From: an uncultured Aminicenantes bacterium
Lineage (GTDB): Bacteria > Acidobacteriota > Aminicenantia > UBA2199
Direction of reading: 5' to 3'
Assembly (NCBI GenBank): GCA_965195285.1
Contig: CBDAFS010000009.1
Coordinates: 28,860 to 92,859 of the forward strand
DNA: 64,000 nt
A model generated the notes under the pieces. The model had not been told where the DNA came from and ran no database searches. It saw only the letters and a program-made list of their open reading frames with translations. The translations under genes and the position numbers were made by a program. Positions 8,497 through 18,609 of the stretch are shown piece by piece (positions within the stretch are counted from its first letter, which is position 1; every line of letters starts with the position of its first letter).

Positions 8497-9528
8497 CTAA
8501 AAAAGCCGACTGTATCCCTGTATCTCCAGGTTGGAAAGGCCTGCTTCTTTGGCCCACCTAACAGCATTATGATATTCTCTGCGGGTAATTCTCCTGGATA
8601 TTTTCGGGTATTTATGTGCCTGGTGAGCCGGTCGGTACTGGGACATAATATTTAAATATGTATCTTTGGGTAAATGGCGGGAAATCCATTGAATCACATT
8701 CCGAGTTCCGCTGACATTATTGGGCAAAACCAAGTGTCTTATCATTAATCCCCGGAGCATCAACCCATTTGCTGCAGGTCTTGCCACTCCCACCTGACGG
8801 TTCATTTCCAGTAGGGCTTTACGGCTGATCTCAGGATAGGAAAAGGCATCGGCTGAATATTTTCCTGCCATTTCAGGGTCGGAATATTTAAAATCCGGGA
8901 GATAAATGTCCACAATTCCATCCAGTAGTTTTAAAATTTCGGGTCGTTCCCAACCGCTGGTGTTATATACCAGCGGTATCTTTAATCCTCTGGCCGCGGC
9001 CAGATCCAATGCCAGCAGGATGTGGGGAGAGTAATGGGTGGGGGTTACCAGGTTTATATTATGACAACCACGCTTCTGGAGTTTCAACATCATCCCGGCC
9101 AGAGTTTCCAAACTGCAGGGAGAACCGATTCCTTCATGATTGATTCTCCAGTTGATGCAGAAAACACAGCGGAGGTTGCAGTTGGTCAGGAAAATAGTCC
9201 CGGATCCGCCCTGACCCACTAGTGGTCTTTCCTCCCCGAAATGGGGATTGGCAGCCGACACTTCCAGTTGGGAAGATGCATGACAGAATCCTTCATGTCC
9301 ACTGAGGCGATCAGTTCCGCATTCCCGGGGGCAGAGCTGGCAACTTTTCATTAGTTTCCAAAGAATTTCTCCCCTTTTTTTTAGTTCTCCGCTCCGGTGG
9401 AGTTTCAGATATGATGGTTCAAAATCTTTTTTTTTGCCCCCCTTTTCTGAATGAGGTAAATTTGCTGAAGGTAACAATCCAGCGGAAGCCAAAATCATAT
9501 TTGAGCTGATGAATTGTCGTCTCTTCAT
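8497..9528 (-). CDS. PflX-like radical SAM protein with twin-arginine-like N-terminus
   Basis: CQLCPREC, HFGEE, CNLRCVFC (CxxxCxxC), NINLVTPTH, YLPDFKY, RHLVLP; starts MKRRQFI. Confidence 0.85.
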   Translation of the reverse strand: MKRRQFISSNMILASAGLLPSANLPHSEKGGKKKDFEPSYLKLHRSGELKKRGEILWKLMKSCQLCPRECGTDRLSGHEGFCHASSQLEVSAANPHFGEERPLVGQGGSGTIFLTNCNLRCVFCINWRINHEGIGSPCSLETLAGMMLKLQKRGCHNINLVTPTHYSPHILLALDLAAARGLKIPLVYNTSGWERPEILKLLDGIVDIYLPDFKYSDPEMAGKYSADAFSYPEISRKALLEMNRQVGVARPAANGLMLRGLMIRHLVLPNNVSGTRNVIQWISRHLPKDTYLNIMSQYRPAHQAHKYPKISRRITRREYHNAVRWAKEAGLSNLEIQGYSRLF

Positions 9529-9681
9529 CTGATTCGGTTATGAAAGTTGATTTTTAAGATATTGGTTTCGATCTTTTCTCCATTAAATATTTAGTATAAT
9601 CTCTCTCTTTTTTCAATTACATTGTTATGTTAATATTTATTTCAGCCGATCCAAATCGAATCAATGGGAATTAAAAAAATA

Positions 9682-10404
9682 TCACCAGATTCCCGGAATG
9701 AGTCGGTAACGGACTTTTCGGGCATATTCGGTATATCCGGACAGCTCTTTTTTTAACACCCGGTCTTCAAGAACGGTGCGGATGACAAACAGTATGCCAA
9801 TCAATCCCGCGGGAATCAGTGCCCACAGGGAACCCATAATCAATGCAAAAGTCAAAATAATCAAGATTACTCCCGCATAACCCGGATGTCTGACAAACCG
9901 GTAGGGACCAGTGGATACCACCTGGTGATATCGTTCTTTTTGAATCCGAATTTTCGATGAAAAGAAGTTATTGACTTGCATGGCCCATAGAGCAAAAGCC
10001 GAAAAAAGTGTCAGTATCAGACCGGAGAGAATATAGATGCCCATTGGAAATGTTGGCGACCAGCGAAATCTGCCGGAATCCAGTATGGCAATGATTATCA
10101 TTGCATATAGTAGTACCTGGTACAGGCCAATAATAAGGTTATCCCATTTCTTAACCCCCGGACCCGGATTCCTCCTTTCTTTTATCAGGTCCTTCCGGTT
10201 CCGAAAGGAGATTGAAGTGACCAAAAGTATTGAAAAACAGATACCCAGCAGAATCCAACCCTGAATATAATCGAATCTCCCGGCGAGAAGAAAGACAAAC
10301 AAACCGAACAAAACAATTCCGCCGATACTTCCAAGAATGAGCATGGCAAATTTTTTTCCATCAATTTCCTGATGGATTTTCCCGGAAGGGTTGTGATTAT
10401 TCAT
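9682..10404 (-). CDS. Isoprenylcysteine carboxyl methyltransferase (ICMT/PEMT) family membrane protein
   Basis: GPYRFVRHPGY, EDRVL, YRLIPGIW; multiple TM segments; start moved to ATG 10404 to avoid overlap. Confidence 0.82.
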   Translation of the reverse strand: MNNHNPSGKIHQEIDGKKFAMLILGSIGGIVLFGLFVFLLAGRFDYIQGWILLGICFSILLVTSISFRNRKDLIKERRNPGPGVKKWDNLIIGLYQVLLYAMIIIAILDSGRFRWSPTFPMGIYILSGLILTLFSAFALWAMQVNNFFSSKIRIQKERYHQVVSTGPYRFVRHPGYAGVILIILTFALIMGSLWALIPAGLIGILFVIRTVLEDRVLKKELSGYTEYARKVRYRLIPGIW

Positions 10405-10435
10405 GTTGTCCAAAAAAAATCGAATATTAGACTTG

Positions 10436-12163
10436 CTATTCGGCTTGATTTCTTTGATAGACGATTTTGCCGCCGACAATGGTATAGTCCACCTTGGCTT
10501 TCATGATATCCTGGGGAGCGATGGTCATCAGGTCCTGATTGAAAATGACCATGTCGGCCAGCATGCCTTTTTTAATCGATCCTTTTCGGTTTTCCGTGAA
10601 TTCGGCATAGGCTGAACCCAGAGTATATAACTCAATGGCTTTTTCCATGGAAAGTTTTTGATCGGCAAACCATCCTTCTCCGGGCTCACCGGCTCGATCC
10701 TTACGGGTAACCGCGGCATAGAGACCTTCCAGGGGATCAATCGGTTCCACGTACCAATCGGTGCCAAAAGCGATTTGAGCACCGGAATCCAGTAACCGCT
10801 TCCAGGCATAGGCGCCCCTGCACCTTTTGAGGCCGATTCGTTTTTCCGCAAATCTTTTATCGGTAATACAGTGGGTCGGCTGCATGGAGGCGATGACCCC
10901 CAGTTCGGCAAACCGGTGGATATCCTGGTCGGTTAATATCTGGGCATGCTCGCTGCGATGACGGCTATCCCGCCTGCCATTCCGCTTTTGTGCTTTTTCA
11001 TAGGCATTGAGAATCCAGTGATTGGCTCTTGTGCCAATGGCATGGATGCCGATCTGAAACCCGTTTTTATCACTGACTACTACTTTTTTTTCCAGTTCTT
11101 CATAAGACATCTGGGGTAAGCCCCTGGTAGAGGGATCATCGCTAAAGGGCTCAAACATGAGGGCAGTGCCGGAACCCAGGGTGCCATCTATAAAACCTTT
11201 GAGATATCCGAACCGGATCCAGTTGTTTTCCGAATGGAATTTCTGACGCAATTCCTGGTACCGGGCCAGCGTTTCTTCATTATCGGTAAGCCACATGTTG
11301 AAGGTTACCCGTACGGTCAATTTTTCCTGACCATGGAATTTTTCAAATAATTCCGAATGATTATTGAGGTGCTGAATGCTGGTCACTCCGGTTCGCCGGG
11401 CTGCCTCCAGAGCCAGCTCAAGGGCTTTGGTGGCTCTTTTCTTCAGTTCATCCGCTGACAGTTTTTTAAACTTGGTGCTATCGATCAGGTTCTGAGCCGA
11501 TTCCTTCAGTATTCCGGTGGGATCTCCGGTTTTTTTATTCCGGATGATGGTTCCACCAGTCGGATCAGGAGTGTCTTTGGTAATTCCTGATAGTCTTAAA
11601 ACCAGGCTGTTCACCCAGACGGAATGGCCATCGGTTCTGGCCAGGATAATCGGATTGTCCGGGGCAACCTCATCGAGTATTTCCCGGGTAGGCCACTGCT
11701 TATCCGGAAACAATTCATGATCCCATCCGCCTCCCCTGATTATTTCTCCGGGTTCTGACCGGGACACTTTTTCCTTAACCATTTTCTGGATGATCTTAAT
11801 ATCGGTAATATAGCGAAAATCAAGGTTCATCAATGAGTACCCGCCGCTGATAAAATGAATATGGGCATCATTGAAACCGGGAACCACCAGACGGTTGTAG
11901 GCATCAATGACAATGGTTTTATCTTTTTTAATATACCGGGTAATATTCTGATTGGAGGACACGGCAATAATTTTTTCTCCCTTTACCGCCACTGCTTCCG
12001 CCCTGGGGTTGCTCTGGTCAATGGTCACAATTTTGGCGTTTTTTATGACCAGGTCCGCCTGGACAGGTTCATGGGTAACACCCCGCATAAAAAAAGAAAT
12101 AAAAAACATTAATAATAAAAAGAGAAAGAATAAATGCTTTTTGGATAACAAAATGGATTTCAT
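10436..12163 (-). CDS. Amidohydrolase family 3 (YtcJ-like), exported
   Basis: PGFNDAHIH, KGFIDG, HAIG, RSEHAQ, FGTDW; signal-like N-terminus. Confidence 0.85.
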   Translation of the reverse strand: MKSILLSKKHLFFLFLLLMFFISFFMRGVTHEPVQADLVIKNAKIVTIDQSNPRAEAVAVKGEKIIAVSSNQNITRYIKKDKTIVIDAYNRLVVPGFNDAHIHFISGGYSLMNLDFRYITDIKIIQKMVKEKVSRSEPGEIIRGGGWDHELFPDKQWPTREILDEVAPDNPIILARTDGHSVWVNSLVLRLSGITKDTPDPTGGTIIRNKKTGDPTGILKESAQNLIDSTKFKKLSADELKKRATKALELALEAARRTGVTSIQHLNNHSELFEKFHGQEKLTVRVTFNMWLTDNEETLARYQELRQKFHSENNWIRFGYLKGFIDGTLGSGTALMFEPFSDDPSTRGLPQMSYEELEKKVVVSDKNGFQIGIHAIGTRANHWILNAYEKAQKRNGRRDSRHRSEHAQILTDQDIHRFAELGVIASMQPTHCITDKRFAEKRIGLKRCRGAYAWKRLLDSGAQIAFGTDWYVEPIDPLEGLYAAVTRKDRAGEPGEGWFADQKLSMEKAIELYTLGSAYAEFTENRKGSIKKGMLADMVIFNQDLMTIAPQDIMKAKVDYTIVGGKIVYQRNQAE

Positions 12164-12600
12164 GAGCTCTCCTGGCCCGGCTTCTTTTGGGACGGGACAA
12201 TGAATTTGTGGTAAAATTCATCGGGAATCCGGGTCGGTTTATTGCGATTATTGACAAATACATGCAGGGTTTGAGCGGACAGGATAAGGATATTTGATTC
12301 ACGGTTGAAAATTTTATAGGTCAGGGTAAAACGGGTCGCCGTGCAATCCGAAATCCATCCGTTGATCTGTAAATTGTCTCCAGATTTCGCCGGATATTTG
12401 AATTCAAGGATAGCTTTTCTGACCACGGGGAATTTTTCCCATTTAAAGAAGTCATTGAAATTCAAACCTTTGGAAATAAGGAAATCATTACGGACTTTTT
12501 CCAGATAATTTAAATAAACTGCATTGTTCACATGACCCCAGGCATCCAGTTCATAGCTCATTACCGTATGATGGCTTATCAAAATTCCCAGTTCTGGCAT
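12160..12600 (-). CDS. Acyl-CoA thioesterase (4HBT/YbgC hot-dog fold)
   Basis: ELDAWGHVNNAVYLNYLE motif. Confidence 0.85.
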   Translation of the reverse strand: MPELGILISHHTVMSYELDAWGHVNNAVYLNYLEKVRNDFLISKGLNFNDFFKWEKFPVVRKAILEFKYPAKSGDNLQINGWISDCTATRFTLTYKIFNRESNILILSAQTLHVFVNNRNKPTRIPDEFYHKFIVPSQKKPGQESS

Positions 12601-12679
12601 TTTTAGAGATTATGGGCAGGGTTGATCTGGAGGGGGCTGGAAGGTGATTTTTCCAATTGACTTTGCGGGTTGTGATCCT

Positions 12680-13243
12680 CTAGTCTTCCAGGATATGCTT
12701 TTTTTTGGAACTCTCAATTTCTTCCAGGTTCTTTATACTGATATCCACGATTTTCTGCAGGTCATCGTAAAACCGTTTTTCATTGTCTTCGGAAATTTCC
12801 TTTTCCTCTTCCAAGGACTTGGCCAGCTCACGATATTCTCTGCGTAGAATTCTGGCGGATGTTTTTCTCTCTTCGGTATAGCTTTTCAAGGTTTTGATGA
12901 TTTCTGTCCGTCTTTCCTCATCCAGAGGGGGTACTGGAAGTCTGATCAGCTTACCGTCGGATACCGGATTGATATGAATATTGGAGTTTCGAATTGCTTT
13001 TTCAATTTCTCCGATAATATTGTGATCCCATGGCTGGATGATAATCAAATTGGCTTCCGGTATCGATAAAGTGGCCAGCTGGTTTATGGGAGTGGGGGTT
13101 CCATAGTAATCGACCCGGATATTGTCTAGGATGGAAGCGGATGCCCTTCCGGTCCTGAATTTGGATATTTCATTTTTAAATTCTGCTTCCAGTTCAGCCA
13201 ATTTACTTTTGACTTCTTCAAGGGTTTCTTGTAACATGCTCAT
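12680..13243 (-). CDS. frr: Ribosome recycling factor
   Basis: RTGRAS, VDYYG, IQPWD, PPLDEERR; downstream of pyrH. Confidence 0.96.
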   Translation of the reverse strand: MSMLQETLEEVKSKLAELEAEFKNEISKFRTGRASASILDNIRVDYYGTPTPINQLATLSIPEANLIIIQPWDHNIIGEIEKAIRNSNIHINPVSDGKLIRLPVPPLDEERRTEIIKTLKSYTEERKTSARILRREYRELAKSLEEEKEISEDNEKRFYDDLQKIVDISIKNLEEIESSKKKHILED

Positions 13244-13246
13244 TCC

Positions 13247-13963
13247 CTAATTGACCAGCGTTCCAATATTCTTGTTTATGATGGCTTTAAAAATGTTGCC
13301 TTTTTTGGTTAGATCAAAAATTTTTAGTTCCAATTTGTTTTCTTTGCATAAGGTAATGGCGGTACTGTCAATGACCTTCAATTCTTTTGATAAAATTTCA
13401 GAATAAGAGATCTGATCGAATTTCACCACTTCCTTTACTTTTTTGGGATCATCCGAAAATACTCCATCTACCATGGTTGCCTTCAATAATATATCCGCTT
13501 TGATTTCGATTGCCCGTAAAGCTGCAGCAGTATCGGTTGAAAAAAATGGACTTCCGGTTCCTGCTGTGAATATGACTATCCGTCCCTTTTCAAGGTGTCT
13601 GGTTACCCGCCTTCTAATAAAGGGTTCTGCGATTTCGGTTATTTCCAGAGCCGAAACTAGACGGGTGATCAACCCTTTTTTTTCAAAGGTATCCTGGAGA
13701 GCGATTCCATTGATAACCGTAGCCAACATTCCCATATAATCAGCGGATGCACGATCAATTCCCAGTTCATTTTGCCGATTTCCCCTGATAAAATTTCCGC
13801 CCCCGGTTACGATAGCAATCTCAACACCATAGTCATGTGCCTGTTTTATCTCATTTGAAATGTCATCGATAACGGAATTGGAAATACCGAATTCCCGATC
13901 CCCTTTTAAAGCCTCTCCACTGATCTTTAAGAGGATTCTTCTAGATTTGGGGACCTCATCCAT
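13247..13963 (-). CDS. pyrH: Uridylate kinase
   Basis: LLKISGEAL, GGGNF, DYMGMLAT, FSTDTAAALRA; ATG 13963 immediately after the tsf stop. Confidence 0.95.
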   Translation of the reverse strand: MDEVPKSRRILLKISGEALKGDREFGISNSVIDDISNEIKQAHDYGVEIAIVTGGGNFIRGNRQNELGIDRASADYMGMLATVINGIALQDTFEKKGLITRLVSALEITEIAEPFIRRRVTRHLEKGRIVIFTAGTGSPFFSTDTAAALRAIEIKADILLKATMVDGVFSDDPKKVKEVVKFDQISYSEILSKELKVIDSTAITLCKENKLELKIFDLTKKGNIFKAIINKNIGTLVN

Positions 13964-13964
13964 T

Positions 13965-14564
13965 TTAGTTTTCTTCACCCAGCTGGTAACGAATAAATCT
14001 TTTGACGATGATATTTTCTCCTGTTTTATGGATGATTCCTATGATTAGTTCTTCTATGGTTTTCTTGTCTTCTTTGAAAAAGATTTGATTAAGCAGGCAT
14101 ATTTCGGTATAGAATTTTTTCAGTTTTCCTTCAACAATTTTTTCGATGATGTTTTCGGGTTTGCCACTGTCTTTTACCTGGGCACGATATATATCTTTTT
14201 CTTTTTCAATCACATCGGCCGGGATATCATCTTTGGAAATATATTTCGGGTTCATGGCGGCTATCTGCATGGAAATATCCTTAACCAGAGACTGGAAATC
14301 CTCGTTTTTGGCAACGAAATCGGTTTCACACCCCACTTCAACCAGCACTCCAATTTTCCCATTGGTGTGAATATAGGATCCAATGATTCCCTGTTTGGTG
14401 GTTCGGGTTGATCTTGCTTTGGCCTTTTCAAAACCTTTTTTTCTCAGCAATTCTGTTGCCTTATCAAAATCATTGTTAGTCTCGGCAACGGCCTTTTTAC
14501 ACTCAAGGATTCCAATCCCGGTTTCCTCTCTGAGTTTCTTAACCAGGGACATATCTGCAGCCAT
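13965..14564 (-). CDS. tsf: Elongation factor Ts (short form)
   Basis: VKKLREETG, CETDFVA, KIVEGKL. Confidence 0.96.
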   Translation of the reverse strand: MAADMSLVKKLREETGIGILECKKAVAETNNDFDKATELLRKKGFEKAKARSTRTTKQGIIGSYIHTNGKIGVLVEVGCETDFVAKNEDFQSLVKDISMQIAAMNPKYISKDDIPADVIEKEKDIYRAQVKDSGKPENIIEKIVEGKLKKFYTEICLLNQIFFKEDKKTIEELIIGIIHKTGENIIVKRFIRYQLGEEN

Positions 14565-14565
14565 T

Positions 14566-15429
14566 TTAATTCTCCTTTGTTTCCTCTTCGGTTTCTTCTT
14601 CCGTATCTACTTTCTTTTCCTCGGTTTTTCCCTTGCTTTCGGTTTGGTTTTCTTCAGCGGCCTCTTTCACTTCCGCAGTCTCTTCACTTTCTGGCTCCGC
14701 TGCTTCAATTTCTTGCTCCTGCTGAACCATGTCATCGGTTTGCCTTTTATCCATACCGGCGTTAACGGCTTCTCCGAATTTGCTGACAAATAATCGAATG
14801 GATCTGATAGCATCATCATTTCCGGGAATGGGAAAGTCAATCTCTTCTGGATTGGCATTCGTGTCAACTATGGCCACGATTGGAATATTAAGCTTTTTGG
14901 CTTCATAAACAGCGATACTCTCATAGGTGGAATCAATAATGATGATAACTCCGGGAGGCTCTTGGAGGTCCCTGACTCCCCATAAGTTTTTATGGAGTTT
15001 TTTGTACACTTTTTCCAATTTGGATTGTTCTTTCTTAGATTTAACTTCCCAGCGGCCGTCCTTTTTCATCTCATCCAGATCAATCAGTTTTTCAATACTC
15101 TTTTTGATCATGGAGAAATTGGTTAACAATCCTCCCAACCACCGTTTATGAACATAGTGCATGCCCTCAGTTTCTTCGGAAATATCCTCAATTATAGTCT
15201 GGGCTTGTTTTTTGGTTCCCACGATGAGGACATCTTTACCGGAAGCCACCGTATCGGTTATGAATTTCAATCCTTCTTTGAATAATTCAATGGCGGTCTG
15301 TAAATTTATGATATAGATGCCATTTTTCTTCCCATAGATATAGGGCTTCATCTTTGGATTCCATCGTCTCACCTGGTGACCGAAATGGACCCCGGCTTCT
15401 AACATTTCTCTCATATTAATGTTAACCAT
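14566..15429 (-). CDS. rpsB: 30S ribosomal protein S2 with acidic C-terminal tail
   Basis: EAGVHFGH, WNPKM, RWLGG, DTN, PGNDDAIRS; ATG 15429 preferred on SD spacing (GTG 15438 is an alternative). Confidence 0.96.
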   Translation of the reverse strand: MVNINMREMLEAGVHFGHQVRRWNPKMKPYIYGKKNGIYIINLQTAIELFKEGLKFITDTVASGKDVLIVGTKKQAQTIIEDISEETEGMHYVHKRWLGGLLTNFSMIKKSIEKLIDLDEMKKDGRWEVKSKKEQSKLEKVYKKLHKNLWGVRDLQEPPGVIIIIDSTYESIAVYEAKKLNIPIVAIVDTNANPEEIDFPIPGNDDAIRSIRLFVSKFGEAVNAGMDKRQTDDMVQQEQEIEAAEPESEETAEVKEAAEENQTESKGKTEEKKVDTEEETEEETKEN

Positions 15430-15438
15430 ACTTGACAC

Positions 15439-15843
15439 CTACCTCTTGTGATATTGAGATGCTTTACGTGCTTTCAGCAGTCCATATTTTTTTCTTTCTT
15501 TTTCCCGGGCATCTCTGGTCAATAAACCAGCCTTTTTAAGAGCAGGTCTTAACTCGGAGTTGTATTCTAGCAGTGCTCTTGAAATTCCCAATCGGATGGC
15601 ATTGGCCTGAGCAGATATTCCTCCACCTTGTACGGTGATAAATACATCAAAATTGTCAACAGTGTTGGTTATGTTTAATGGTTTGTAGATAGTCAGTTTA
15701 TAATTTTTCAAAGGGAAATACGTATCAAATTCTCTAACCCTTTTGCCAACAATTAATTTCAGATTTCCTTTACCAGGTCTCAGATATACTCTGGCTACAC
15801 TGGTTTTCCTTCTTCCTGTTCCGTAGTACTGAACAATACTCAA
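15439..15843 (-). CDS. rpsI: 30S ribosomal protein S9
   Basis: [27 protein letters not shown]. Confidence 0.97.
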   Translation of the reverse strand: MSIVQYYGTGRRKTSVARVYLRPGKGNLKLIVGKRVREFDTYFPLKNYKLTIYKPLNITNTVDNFDVFITVQGGGISAQANAIRLGISRALLEYNSELRPALKKAGLLTRDAREKERKKYGLLKARKASQYHKR

Positions 15844-15856
15844 AATGTCCTCCTCG

Positions 15857-16303
15857 TTAGATCTTCAGGGCTTCAGGTTTTTGCGCGGCGTGTTTGTGCT
15901 CTGTACCTGGGTAGACCTTCAATTTTTTTAAAATCTTTCTGTTTAGTTTATTTTTGGGCAACATTCCCTTAACCGCGTGCATGATAATTCTTTCCGGATG
16001 TGTATTCAGCATTTTTTTATAGGAAATTTCCTTTAACCCTCCCATATATCCGGAATGGCGGTAATAGAGTTTTTGTTTTTCCTTGATACCTGTCAGCTTT
16101 ATTTTATTGGAATTGATAACAATTACAAAATCGCCATTGTCAAAAAAAGGCGTATATGACGGTTTGTCTTTACCTCTTAATATATTAGCCACTCTGGTTG
16201 CTAACCTGCCCAGTACCAGGTTGTCAGCGTCAATCAGCCACCATTTTTTTTCAGCCGGATCTTTTTGTGGTATAAGCGTCTTGTTCAACTTATTAAGTTT
16301 CAT
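15857..16303 (-). CDS. rplM: 50S ribosomal protein L13
   Basis: [30 protein letters not shown]; ATG 16303 with GAGG RBS. Confidence 0.96.
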   Translation of the reverse strand: MKLNKLNKTLIPQKDPAEKKWWLIDADNLVLGRLATRVANILRGKDKPSYTPFFDNGDFVIVINSNKIKLTGIKEKQKLYYRHSGYMGGLKEISYKKMLNTHPERIIMHAVKGMLPKNKLNRKILKKLKVYPGTEHKHAAQKPEALKI

Positions 16304-16471
16304 AATTACCTCGTAGAAAAATGTAAATGTACAATATTTTCGATGATTTGTCAAGCATTTCTATGGAAGGGCTTTCGGAAACAAATCCATCGGGCTCCAA
16401 GCTCTTGATTCAAATGTGTGAAATATTTACCCATAGTTGATTTAATTGACAAAATTTGTTATATTATATAC

Positions 16472-16750
16472 ATGAGATTGAACAAACAACAGCTCGAACA
16501 TATGGCATTTAATATAGTGAATGAACTTTTAAAGGAAAGTTTGATTCTTACCGAAGATAAAGAAAAAATGGTTACGGAAGTACATGAAATTATTACCAAA
16601 GAACTGGGAAGGGAAGATTTGCTTGATGATCAGGTCAAGGAAATTTTAAAGGAAAAACTGAATGAGATTCGGAATGCAAATATTGACTATTATGAAATGT
16701 TTAAAATGGTGAAAGCCAAATTGGCTGAGAAGGAGAATATTATCTTATGA
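16472..16750 (+). CDS. DUF507-like small protein
   Basis: MRL start, MFKMVKAKLAEK C-terminus; tandem pair with the next gene. Confidence 0.6.
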   Translation: MRLNKQQLEHMAFNIVNELLKESLILTEDKEKMVTEVHEIITKELGREDLLDDQVKEILKEKLNEIRNANIDYYEMFKMVKAKLAEKENIIL

Positions 16751-17037
16751 GCCTGAAGCTATCCAGAAATAAAGTGAATTGCCTGACCCGATTGGTTATT
16801 GAGTATATTGAAATCAATGAGGAACTGGATTATGTTGAAGACATTGGAAATATTCGATTGAAATTGTTTCATATCATTATGAATGAATTAAGGATGTATG
16901 AAGATATTGAGAACAATGCCAAGGAGAGGGTGAATTCTCAAAAAAAGACTATTCCCGAGGGCTCTCGGGAATGGGAAATTTTATTCCGAAAGTACGCCAA
17001 TGAAGAACTGAACAAGTTGGGAAAAATCTGGGATTAA
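16747..17037 (+). CDS. DUF507-like small protein (second of pair)
   Basis: IPEGSREWEILFRKY motif; ATGA overlap. Confidence 0.6.
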   Translation: MSLKLSRNKVNCLTRLVIEYIEINEELDYVEDIGNIRLKLFHIIMNELRMYEDIENNAKERVNSQKKTIPEGSREWEILFRKYANEELNKLGKIWD

Positions 17038-17259
17038 AAAAAATCGCGGCCGTTCTGCTATTTTTTGAATAGTTAAAAAAAGCTGAAAGTAACCTCTTTT
17101 CATATTCCGAATTTAAAAACAAGGCAATAATTTTATATATTTTAACTGGTTATTGAGTCTTGACAACAAAACTAATAATTAAAAAAATATTTTTGTTTTA
17201 AAATTTTTTTTATGTTAATATATTTTCTAAATAAATCAAATCAAAAAAGAGAACTCAAC

Positions 17260-18609
17260 ATGGGATTAATAAAAATTAAAAAAGGTTTAGATATTCCTGT
17301 TTTTGGTAAACCGGAACAGAAGATATATCCTGCTTCAAACCCCAGGACTGTAGCTCTAATTGGCTATGATTATATAGGTTTAAGACCGAAATTGGCGGTA
17401 AAGGTCGGCGATCTGGTGAAGTTGGGACAACTGTTGTTTACTGATAAAAAAATGCCCTCGGTTCGATATAGCTCACCGGGAACCGGAAAAGTGATTTCTA
17501 TCAATAGAGGTCCCAAGCGGGTCTTTGAATCGATTGTAATTGAGCTTAATGGACAGGATGAGATCACCTTCGATTCTTTTTCCGAAACCCAATTGAAAAA
17601 CATAGGCAGGGAAAAAGTAAAAACCCTGCTCATTGATTCAGGTTTATGGACATCCATACGAGCTCGACCTTACAGCAAGGTAGCCGATCCCGGTATTCTT
17701 CCTCATTCCCTCTTTATTACGGCCATGGATACCAATCCCCATGCTCCGATAATAGACGTTATCATAAAAGGAAATGAAAGGGATTATGTAAACGGAGCGA
17801 TTGTGTTATCCAAATTGACAGATGGAAAAACTTTTATCTGTAAATGTCCCGGTGCTCCAATTCCAGATGCTGACATCAAATCCCTTGAGGTGAAGGAATT
17901 TGCAGGTCCACATCCGTCTGGGAATGTGGGTACACACATACATTTTATTGATCCCGTGCATCGAAATAAAATTGTCTGGTACATCAATGTGCAAGACGTG
18001 ATTGCCATAGGCCGGTTTTTTGTCAGCGGGAAAATTCCAATCGAACGGGTGATTTCTTTGGCCGGGCCATCCGTAAAACGGCCCCGTTTGTTGAAGGCAC
18101 GAATCGGGGGCTGTATTGAGGAAATAACCGAAGGTGAATTATTGGAGAAAGATAACCGTCTTATCTCCGGTTCCGTACTCTCGGGAAGAATCTCCACCGG
18201 AGCGGTAAAATACATCGGGAGATATCATCAGCAGATTTCAGTCCTGGAAGAGGGGAGGGATAGAAAATTCCTTGGTTGGATGAGTCCGGGATTTAATGTT
18301 TATTCCTCACGGAATATTGTAATATCTCGCCTTTTCCCCAGGAAGAAGTTTGATTTCACCACAGCGATTCATGGAGGGAAGAGGGCCATTATGCCTATTG
18401 GGAATTATGAGAAGGTTATGCCGATTGATATCCTGCCCACGTTTTTATTGAGATCTTTGATGGTTGATGATATTGAGGAAGCTGAAAAACTGGGTTGTCT
18501 GGAATTGGATGAAGAAGATCTGGCTTTATGTAGTTTTGTTTCACCATCAAAAATAGATTATGGTCCGGTTTTGCGGAGAAACCTGACCAAAATCGAAAAG
18601 GAAGGATAG
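17260..18609 (+). CDS. nqrA: Na+-translocating NADH:quinone reductase subunit A
   Basis: IKIKKGLDIP, GPHPSGNVGTHIH, LGCLELDEEDLALC, IEKEG. Confidence 0.95.
   Translation: MGLIKIKKGLDIPVFGKPEQKIYPASNPRTVALIGYDYIGLRPKLAVKVGDLVKLGQLLFTDKKMPSVRYSSPGTGKVISINRGPKRVFESIVIELNGQDEITFDSFSETQLKNIGREKVKTLLIDSGLWTSIRARPYSKVADPGILPHSLFITAMDTNPHAPIIDVIIKGNERDYVNGAIVLSKLTDGKTFICKCPGAPIPDADIKSLEVKEFAGPHPSGNVGTHIHFIDPVHRNKIVWYINVQDVIAIGRFFVSGKIPIERVISLAGPSVKRPRLLKARIGGCIEEITEGELLEKDNRLISGSVLSGRISTGAVKYIGRYHQQISVLEEGRDRKFLGWMSPGFNVYSSRNIVISRLFPRKKFDFTTAIHGGKRAIMPIGNYEKVMPIDILPTFLLRSLMVDDIEEAEKLGCLELDEEDLALCSFVSPSKIDYGPVLRRNLTKIEKEG

Noticed and set aside
13965-14564. Short EF-Ts as a possible truncation
   Set aside because: The roughly 200-aa EF-Ts form is well known in several phyla and the motifs are intact.
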